A stretch of DNA of 64,000 bases from positions 3,311 through 67,310 of the IMG/VR virus record IMGVR_UViG_2634166314_000001, one strand, 5' to 3'. The notes below the pieces were generated by a model. It made no database searches and had not been told where the DNA came from. It saw only the letters and a list, made by a program, of their open reading frames with translations. Both the position numbers and the translations under genes were made by a program. Every line of letters starts with the position of its first letter. Position 1 is the first letter of the stretch. The stretch is from a virus. Taxonomy: Duplodnaviria > Caudoviricetes. Positions 56,905-64,000 of the stretch are shown here, in pieces.

Positions 56905-58941
56905 ATGACTCTGACCAAGACTCAACAATTTGTTCAGGATGCTGTTAAGCCATCAAATTTCAATGGTCTGATTAAACAGGGTACGATTGCTCAATTGCGT
57001 AGTATGTCCCCTGTTTCATCAGATTTGTCTGTTCTGTATGAAAGTACGGACATGGGTGGCGGAAAGTGGACTCCTGATTTTGCTGATACAACATCGCTTG
57101 ACAATACTGGAGGAATTTTAGTCTGTGCAAATGGCGTTAGACTAAAACGCCAATTTGGTGGCAGAGCGGCTAATGTTGTTTCGTATGGAGCGATAGGGGA
57201 TGGCGTAGCAGATGACACAGCTGCAATTCAAAGGGCATTGGATAATCATAGAGTTGTTTTTTTTCCAAAGCCGAAGTGGCGATATAAGGTTACGGCATCG
57301 CTTAAAATTAACAACTACACAATGGTGTATGGGGAACAATGTTTCCTTGATCAAAATACACTAAATAATCAAACGATCTTCTATTCTGGTACAGGATATT
57401 TATTTACAACTCCTGCAAGTGATCCTGGTTCCGGTGTATGTATTCAGTTGAGAAATCTTTCGATTGAGGGTAACAATTCTACCAATGTTGCGCTGAATTC
57501 TGCTATACAGAGATTATCCGTTAAGAACTGTCTTTTCAGGCATTTTGATGCTGGAATTGACTTTACTGCATATGCAGTTAGCGACGTCGTTGAAACTGTA
57601 ATTGATGAATGCTATTTTATTGAGTGCAATACAGGTATGAGAAGTTCGAGCACATCAGGCAGACACACTACCGACGGTATTCTGAAAAATTGCTTCTTTG
57701 TTAAATGTGTAACTGGGATAAATCTTGATACGGCGGCGGGGTGGCTAATCACAGGAAATCATTTCTATGGACTTGGAGTCAGCCAACAGCATATTGTAAT
57801 CTCAGGGTATTTACTTAAAATCCTCGGAAATTACATAGAGCCAGCTGATCAACGAGGGATTGTCTACAAAATGACAGAAGGGAACGGCGTTTGTAACACC
57901 ATTATTGCTGACAATCAAATCATGGTAAAGTCTGGCGAAGTAGGTATTACATTGATGTCGCTTGTAGGTGAGGCTGACGGCTTAATCGTCGCTGACAACA
58001 TGATTAATTCCGGCACAGGTATGACAACAGGAAGTACGGGGATTAAAGTCGAAGGGCAATACCGGGTATATGGAACATTGCTCAATAACGACATTAATAA
58101 TGTCGAGGTTGAAGTCGATACCGGAACGCTTGGAAGTATTAGGTATGCAGGGTTTTCGCATAACTATTATAAGTTTAGAGGAAGCAATGGTATTGAACTT
58201 TCGAACGGTGTAAGGTTGAGTGAATATTTTGGAAAGCCAACACCAGCGCAACCGTATGGAAGTCAAGGGTATGTATATAATCAGGCTTCTGGGAGTGTAA
58301 GAGATATTGGCGGATGGGAATATCGGGCTGACCTTTCAACCGGATGGAAAAAAGTAGTTTCGTTAGACTCAGAAATGTTAGACAGTAGCACTATGCCGAC
58401 CACAGGCAATTTTAATGCTGGTGTAACTGTTTGGAATGATAATCCAATGCTATACACTACATATGGTGTTAATTATTCTATTCTTGGTTGGAAGCGATTA
58501 ACGTCAGGTTCTAGTCATGCTTTGGGAGTCGACTGGTATGCAATTCGTTCAATTGACCCCACAGGAGTAATTGCCGTTCAAACACTTAGTGATTTAAACG
58601 GATTAGGAAAAGAGGGTTGGTTCAAAACAACAGCAGGTCCAGCTAATGCACCTGCCGGATCGTCCCCAACAGCATTTTTTCAGGGTGTGCAATTTCTTAG
58701 CAACGGACAGTCGGATTATATAAACCAGCTTGTTTTCGATACCAGTGGAAACGAATATAAACGAACGAAATCTGGTGGCGTATGGGGAAGTTGGTATAAG
58801 GTTTCTTCAAGACTTGAAGGTAGTACTGCTCAAAGAAATGCAATAGTTTCACCACAGGAAGGGCAAGACTATTATAATACCGAAACACATGCAAAGGAAT
58901 TTTGGAACGGAACCGTTTGGAAAACGATCACTACTAATTAA
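56905..58941 (+). CDS. beta-helix (pectate-lyase-like) spike / receptor-binding depolymerase
   Basis: YGAIGDGVADDTAAIQRA, parallel beta-helix repeats, fibre-like C-terminal modules. Confidence 0.85.
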   Translation: MTLTKTQQFVQDAVKPSNFNGLIKQGTIAQLRSMSPVSSDLSVLYESTDMGGGKWTPDFADTTSLDNTGGILVCANGVRLKRQFGGRAANVVSYGAIGDGVADDTAAIQRALDNHRVVFFPKPKWRYKVTASLKINNYTMVYGEQCFLDQNTLNNQTIFYSGTGYLFTTPASDPGSGVCIQLRNLSIEGNNSTNVALNSAIQRLSVKNCLFRHFDAGIDFTAYAVSDVVETVIDECYFIECNTGMRSSSTSGRHTTDGILKNCFFVKCVTGINLDTAAGWLITGNHFYGLGVSQQHIVISGYLLKILGNYIEPADQRGIVYKMTEGNGVCNTIIADNQIMVKSGEVGITLMSLVGEADGLIVADNMINSGTGMTTGSTGIKVEGQYRVYGTLLNNDINNVEVEVDTGTLGSIRYAGFSHNYYKFRGSNGIELSNGVRLSEYFGKPTPAQPYGSQGYVYNQASGSVRDIGGWEYRADLSTGWKKVVSLDSEMLDSSTMPTTGNFNAGVTVWNDNPMLYTTYGVNYSILGWKRLTSGSSHALGVDWYAIRSIDPTGVIAVQTLSDLNGLGKEGWFKTTAGPANAPAGSSPTAFFQGVQFLSNGQSDYINQLVFDTSGNEYKRTKSGGVWGSWYKVSSRLEGSTAQRNAIVSPQEGQDYYNTETHAKEFWNGTVWKTITTN

Positions 58942-58946
58942 GAATC

Positions 58947-60209
58947 ATGCTAAACCTCACATATCCTACAAAACCGATCATTTACCAAAGGAATAATTCG
59001 GGCTTTGCGCTTGTAAAATTCTCAGGATTATCTGATACTGCAGTAACTGTAAAATTTTCGGCTTTGGAAAATTCTGGAACTGATTTTTCTATTACTCTTC
59101 CAGTAAATAATGCCGAATTTAAAGCTAATGTGAAAGTCCCTCAGGGACTCTATCAGGTTGTTGTTACCAATAAATCAGAATCGAAAAAATTGGAATACTT
59201 AGGGGTCGGTGAAGTGATCGTTTGGAGTGGACATAGTTTCGCAGATGGTTACGGCATTGGTTCGGATACCTCTCCCCTGGCATTTTTTACGGAAAATTTC
59301 TGGAAAAGAAATGATCCGGATCAGTATAAAAAACCGGAAGAGGTACAAAGGTATTTGGACAATATCAGGCAAGAAACGGCAAGGGGATTACCTGCCAGAG
59401 TTGCAAGCCAAATGGCAGAAAAGTTGATGGTTCCAGTTCTGTTTTATCATTGTGCTTGGGGCGGAACCCGCATGATGGATTGGGCAGACGCAGCTTCAGG
59501 AATTAAAACCGGACGGGAATATGCCGGGTATAAACAAGGATATGAAGATTTAGGCTATCCCTACGCTATACTTGGAGAAGCTCTTAAGACTTTTGTACAA
59601 GAAACCGGTTGCAGGGGAGTTTTGATTATTCATGGAGATAATGACAGAGATAAGCAGTTTACTCAAAACATTTTACTTGATGGCTGGAAAAGATTGATTA
59701 ACAAAATTAGAGTTGATGCAAATTTTAACTTGCCTGTTTCATTGGCACGAAGTTGTATTGATCCTAATTTCCCTGAAATCATTGCTTCTACCAATCAGGC
59801 TATTGAGCAGCTGCCGAGTATGTATTATGGCCCTGACTTATCTCAGATGGGAGCTTCATACCGAATTTCGGACGGATTACACTTGAATGATTTGGGGGAA
59901 ATCAAAGTAGCTCAGGATTGGACAAGTATGCTGATTTCTCAGAATTTCTTCGCATCTAATCCTAAACCGACTCCAACGTTCACTGAAATCACTAAGATTG
60001 TGCAGACGACGGCCGCTCAAATAAAGGACGAGGCGAATACTTCTGTAGCTGCAATCGTTATAGGACTTGCTTTTATTACAATTTTGGCAATTTCTTTGAT
60101 TGCTAAATTTCGTTGGTTTTTGGCATTAGTATTTACGCTGTTGGTTGCCGGAATTTCATACTTAATCGGGTTTACGAATCTGTTTGGTATTAAGAAATCC
60201 GGTTCCTGA
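58947..60209 (+). CDS. SGNH / sialate O-acetylesterase-like protein with C-terminal TM hairpin
   Basis: GVGEV...GHS, AWGGT, HGDND, DGLH. Confidence 0.75.
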   Translation: MLNLTYPTKPIIYQRNNSGFALVKFSGLSDTAVTVKFSALENSGTDFSITLPVNNAEFKANVKVPQGLYQVVVTNKSESKKLEYLGVGEVIVWSGHSFADGYGIGSDTSPLAFFTENFWKRNDPDQYKKPEEVQRYLDNIRQETARGLPARVASQMAEKLMVPVLFYHCAWGGTRMMDWADAASGIKTGREYAGYKQGYEDLGYPYAILGEALKTFVQETGCRGVLIIHGDNDRDKQFTQNILLDGWKRLINKIRVDANFNLPVSLARSCIDPNFPEIIASTNQAIEQLPSMYYGPDLSQMGASYRISDGLHLNDLGEIKVAQDWTSMLISQNFFASNPKPTPTFTEITKIVQTTAAQIKDEANTSVAAIVIGLAFITILAISLIAKFRWFLALVFTLLVAGISYLIGFTNLFGIKKSGS

Positions 60210-60339
60210 TCGTATCAAATTAAAATGCGATGCGATATCGCATCTGAATATATTTTGTTACGGCCCGGATCGACTTATTTTACGATGTCGGCCGGAATCT
60301 AAGAAAAGTTCGATCCTGGATCTTATCAGCCAAAAGTAT

Positions 60340-60822
60340 ATGAAACATTTTTTTCAAAAACCGGATGCAAGTGATTTAATCGAGATGCCATCGTTCAACA
60401 AGTTGAGGACATTCTCTCGAATTTGTAAGGCGATTCCGAAAGCTGTTTCTGAGAGTGAAAAGTTATCTGTTAAATTTCAAGGAAAACCTCTGAAATCCAC
60501 TCTGTTTTCAATCTATAAATTTTGTCGTGAAAATATAAATTACAGAGAAGATACTCCTGGAATCGAGCAAATAAGACTACCAAATCAAACTTGGTTTGAT
60601 CGGAAAAAGGGTGTTGATTGTGAAGATTTCGCGATATTTTGTTCCTCAATTTTAGTCAATCTTCAGATACCTCATCGGGTATGTATGATTGATTTTGGTG
60701 AAGGATGGCAGCATATTTTAATTATCGTCCATACAATGAGTTGTGATTTTATCTTGGACCCAGTCAACGAAAAATTCAATAAGATTAAAAGGTTTAAACG
60801 GATTAAGTATCAGTCATTTTAG
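60340..60822 (+). CDS. transglutaminase-like (Cys-His-Asp) protein
   Basis: YREDTPGIEQIRLP, GVDCEDF, WQHI, ILDPV; frame open from 60184. Confidence 0.8.
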   Translation: MKHFFQKPDASDLIEMPSFNKLRTFSRICKAIPKAVSESEKLSVKFQGKPLKSTLFSIYKFCRENINYREDTPGIEQIRLPNQTWFDRKKGVDCEDFAIFCSSILVNLQIPHRVCMIDFGEGWQHILIIVHTMSCDFILDPVNEKFNKIKRFKRIKYQSF

Positions 60823-60832
60823 CAGTAAAAAC

Positions 60833-62215
60833 ATGGAATATTACGGAATTGAAAGTTATTCAGCAACTCAGGTAAAGAAACTTGGGTTGGATAATAAGTC
60901 TGGACTGGGTAAAATTGTTTCAACCGGAACAAAAAACTCAATATATGATATTATCACTGATCGAATTATTGAGATTATTCAAAATAATGACAATCTCGTT
61001 TGGCGACAATCATGGACTACAAACAAAGAGGGGCAACCGAACTTTCCTATGAACTATACTTCAAAGGAAAATTATAAGGGCTTCAATGGTTATTTTATCA
61101 AATGGCAAATGGTTGCCCTCAAACATGATTGCCCATATTTTATGACTTACAAGCAGGTTTTCGAGAAAGGTGGAAATGTAAAAAAAGGTGCCAAGGCATA
61201 CACAGCATGTTTTTACACGAAAGATTTATACAGACATTTGCAGACCGGAAAGACGATTACTGCCAGTAAGTATAAGGAATTATCACATGCCGAAAAGGCG
61301 AATTACCATCAGTCATTCACTCTAAAGGTTTACAATATCTTTAACGCCAATGATATAGAAGGAGTTAAGTTTGACGATAGATGGAAGGGGGTTGCAGTAT
61401 CAAAAAAGGATCAAATCACTAATTGTGAGAAAATTTATACAAAAATGCCAAACAAGCCGAAGTTGTACTTCGGTGGCGATAAGGCGTACTATACTCCTAA
61501 CTTCGATTCTGTACAAATGCCAGTAATAAAGGATTTTAATGTTCCACAGGAATATTACTCAACCCTTTTTCATGAGTTGATCCATTCAACAGGGTATTCA
61601 GAACGATTAAATCGAAAATTCGGAAAAGGAATGAGTGATCCTCAGTATGCTTTTGAGGAATTAATCGCAGAGTTAGGTGCCTCGTATCTATGTGGGTATA
61701 CTCACATAGATTATTTCACACTTAATAATTCTGCAGCATATATTAAAAGTTGGAAAAAATCAGTAATTGAAGAACTCCGGGGTAATAATAAAGCAATATT
61801 CAAAGCTGCGTCAGAGGCACAGAAGGCATCTGATTACATTCTCGGAAAATTGGACAAGGAAATCTACAGGAAATTTAAAGGGAAGATTGAAACGCCAAAA
61901 ATCGGAGATAAGTCTCGTCCTGTTCTCTCTAAAAGCTTCAAATTAAGAGAAGAGAAGGAAAAACTAAAAGGAGATATTTCAAAGCTAACGAGAAAAGTCA
62001 AGGATAATGCGAAGTTTAAAGAAAAGCTGGCTTTTGAATTAGATAAATATCTAAAATCGCTAAATGGGTTGTCCGGGTTAGATTCTGAATTAACGAGTTT
62101 GAAAGCAAAGAAAAAATTCTTGACAAATTTATTGAGAGGTGATAATGAAGACTTTAAGGTAATTGGTAGAAGGGTTGGTTTGAGTTATCGGACGACTTCT
62201 ATCAGGAAAAAGTAG
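60833..62215 (+). CDS. ardC: ArdC-like antirestriction/ssDNA-binding protein with zincin domain
   Basis: ITDRII, WRQSW, YKGFN, MTYKQ, KKGAK, AYY.P..D.VQMP, TLFHELIH, YAFEELIAELG. Confidence 0.85.
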   Translation: MEYYGIESYSATQVKKLGLDNKSGLGKIVSTGTKNSIYDIITDRIIEIIQNNDNLVWRQSWTTNKEGQPNFPMNYTSKENYKGFNGYFIKWQMVALKHDCPYFMTYKQVFEKGGNVKKGAKAYTACFYTKDLYRHLQTGKTITASKYKELSHAEKANYHQSFTLKVYNIFNANDIEGVKFDDRWKGVAVSKKDQITNCEKIYTKMPNKPKLYFGGDKAYYTPNFDSVQMPVIKDFNVPQEYYSTLFHELIHSTGYSERLNRKFGKGMSDPQYAFEELIAELGASYLCGYTHIDYFTLNNSAAYIKSWKKSVIEELRGNNKAIFKAASEAQKASDYILGKLDKEIYRKFKGKIETPKIGDKSRPVLSKSFKLREEKEKLKGDISKLTRKVKDNAKFKEKLAFELDKYLKSLNGLSGLDSELTSLKAKKKFLTNLLRGDNEDFKVIGRRVGLSYRTTSIRKK

Positions 62216-62240
62216 ATAAATGATTCCTGAAACATCAAAT

Positions 62241-62276
62241 AAAAAGCAGATATTGCCTGGCAATATCTGCTTTTTT
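62241..62276. terminator. bidirectional terminator
   Basis: aaaaagcagatattgcc-t-ggcaatatctgctttttt. Confidence 0.9.
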
Positions 62277-62295
62277 GATAGTATTAGTTTGTAGC

Positions 62296-62703
62296 TTATT
62301 TCTGACTATCTGTTTTAATTAGATACCCTTTCCCTGTAACACTAGTTGTATATCCTGCATAGGAAATAAGAATCAATGGGATTACAGTACGCTTTGTGAC
62401 AAATTTTGGTTGAACTATTCCATCGATTCGATGCTCTTTACAGGCCTTCAGATATGCCTGCTCCCTTCTAAATTCCTCACTCTTTCCACCACCGAAAGGT
62501 AGAAATAAAAGCCAAACCTTTGTAAAAGATTTGCTTGTCTCAACGTTTGAAGTGATTTTGTAATCCTCTCTTTTCAAATTCGATAATTCCGTGTCATTGA
62601 CCGAATTAAATCTTTGATTTTGACTGCTGGTTTTAGGCTGAACGGTGCAGGAAGAAATTGTAGCTAAGAAAGCGAATAGTACGAGTAGAATAGGGTTCTT
62701 CAT
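62296..62703 (-). CDS. lipoprotein
   Basis: Signal peptide with ISSC lipobox. Confidence 0.75.
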   Translation of the reverse strand: MKNPILLVLFAFLATISSCTVQPKTSSQNQRFNSVNDTELSNLKREDYKITSNVETSKSFTKVWLLFLPFGGGKSEEFRREQAYLKACKEHRIDGIVQPKFVTKRTVIPLILISYAGYTTSVTGKGYLIKTDSQK

Positions 62704-62740
62704 TTTTTTTATAAGGGTTAAATTGTTTTATATACGTAAA

Positions 62741-64000
62741 CTAAGCTAAAAAACCTTTTGTAGACAAATATTCATCTCTTAAAATAGTATGATCAATTTC
62801 CAAATAACTCTCAAGTTCCCTGGTAGTCGTCCAACCAGCAATAACTGCAATGCTTTCACCACGTAGTTTTTTGACATTATAGGCCTCTGAAATACCGGAT
62901 GATCGTCCCATTTTTGAAGAAACATTTTTGTTAACTTTTGCCTTTGCAAATAACATTTTTAAATAACGATTGAAGTTGGTTGTGCTAAATCTGGGCATCT
63001 CCTGTAAGGACCCATATTTAAGCATTATTCGAATAGCTTTGTCAGACATTGGAATTATTTGTATCTGCCGTCCCTCTTCAATTGCCTTTTTTCTGGGTTT
63101 TATAATCCAGAAGTTGCCATTTTCATCGGTTCTTAAGTGTTTTTCATCACATAATTGCTTGAAATCACCATGATGAATGATACACTCTCTACAGAAAATA
63201 AACACATCCAGGTATCTTTGCTCATTCCAGTTAAGTTCTAGTTTTTCGATAGCAGAAACCTCAGTTGGGCTAACTGTTTTTACTTTTTTCCTGCCTTCGT
63301 GTTTTAACTTGTAAAATATTGTAGGATTGTCTCTTGTCAACTTGCATCTTCTTGCAAAATCAACTATTGTTCGGATTAATTTTATATGTTTGGTGGCATA
63401 ATTTTGCCCTCTTGATTTCCCTTCGTCATTAATATTTGACGTTAGGTATAAATCAAACTGCTCGCAAAAACGTTCATCAACTTGGTCAATCCTGATTGAT
63501 AGTTTCTTTTGAAATAAAAGAAATTTGGTGAGGTTCTTGATTCTTTTGATATAAGTTTCATAAGTGGAACTCTCAATATTTCCTTTGTGCTTCAATTCCT
63601 CTTCCTTGCGAATTTTAGTTTTTTGCTCAGCAAGGTAGTCTTCGACTACTTTCAAAAGTGTTTCTTCTGATTTTGTCGTTGAAATTTTATTAAAAATAGT
63701 CTTTTCATTAATAACCAATCCATTTAGCTCAAAATCCCGTTTTTGATCCTCTATTTCCCTCCTTATCGCCCTTAGTCGCCTGTTTTTTGCTTCAAATCCT
63801 TCCCCAGATATAAGCTCCTGGTTAATTGAATCCCAGTGCAAAAAGGCAGTGGAAATTTTAGTACTTTTTTCGACTGATTTAATTCCGTCGATCATTACAT
63901 AATAGTAAATTATACCCAGACCTTTCCTTTTTTTTGATGTAGTTTGTGATTGTCGGAAATAAAATGTGATTTTCATTTGGTGTTCGATTAGGTTTTTCAT
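62741..64000 (-). CDS. int: tyrosine recombinase / integrase (Bacteroidetes type)
   Basis: Arm-binding N-terminus, SAM-like core, RKK, KMGR, AGW, YL; start may be ATG 63976. Confidence 0.85.
   Translation of the reverse strand: MKNLIEHQMKITFYFRQSQTTSKKRKGLGIIYYYVMIDGIKSVEKSTKISTAFLHWDSINQELISGEGFEAKNRRLRAIRREIEDQKRDFELNGLVINEKTIFNKISTTKSEETLLKVVEDYLAEQKTKIRKEEELKHKGNIESSTYETYIKRIKNLTKFLLFQKKLSIRIDQVDERFCEQFDLYLTSNINDEGKSRGQNYATKHIKLIRTIVDFARRCKLTRDNPTIFYKLKHEGRKKVKTVSPTEVSAIEKLELNWNEQRYLDVFIFCRECIIHHGDFKQLCDEKHLRTDENGNFWIIKPRKKAIEEGRQIQIIPMSDKAIRIMLKYGSLQEMPRFSTTNFNRYLKMLFAKAKVNKNVSSKMGRSSGISEAYNVKKLRGESIAVIAGWTTTRELESYLEIDHTILRDEYLSTKGFLA

Larger units (their letters stand above)
49613..64000 (+). 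mobile_element. Right part of outer prophage: membrane/virion, lysis, spike, ArdC and integrase genes
   Basis: Continuous + strand operon of small membrane proteins and hydrolases, then terminator and integrase. Confidence 0.75.

Overview
The whole window is viral and consists of two nested elements, probably in a Bacteroidetes host (inferred from DUF4248-like HTHs, a DUF2586-type sheath, an IntDOT-like integrase and AT-rich leaders). (1) A complete-looking ~36.9 kb Mu-like transposable myoprophage at 12699-49608, encoding a repressor, DDE transposase A, ATPase B, divergent head and tail operons and a lysis cassette. It has imperfect 28-bp inverted ends and a TATG duplication on both sides. 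(2) An outer element (1-12698 plus 49613-64000, at least 27 kb, ends outside the window) that the Mu-like phage has split inside a membrane-protein gene; removing the insert restores a 160-aa ORF. The outer element has no recognisable terminase, portal, HK97 capsid or tail genes. It encodes an HUH rolling-circle Rep, a short FtsK/HerA (A32/P9-like) ATPase, a beta-rich candidate capsid protein, about nine C-terminally membrane-anchored proteins, four cell-wall hydrolases, a beta-helix spike, an SGNH esterase, a transglutaminase-like protein, ArdC and a tyrosine integrase. It is best read as a tailless, lipid-containing temperate virus with no obvious full-length double-jelly-roll capsid gene, and it is the most novel-looking system here. 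All family calls come from motifs read by eye; no database searches were run.
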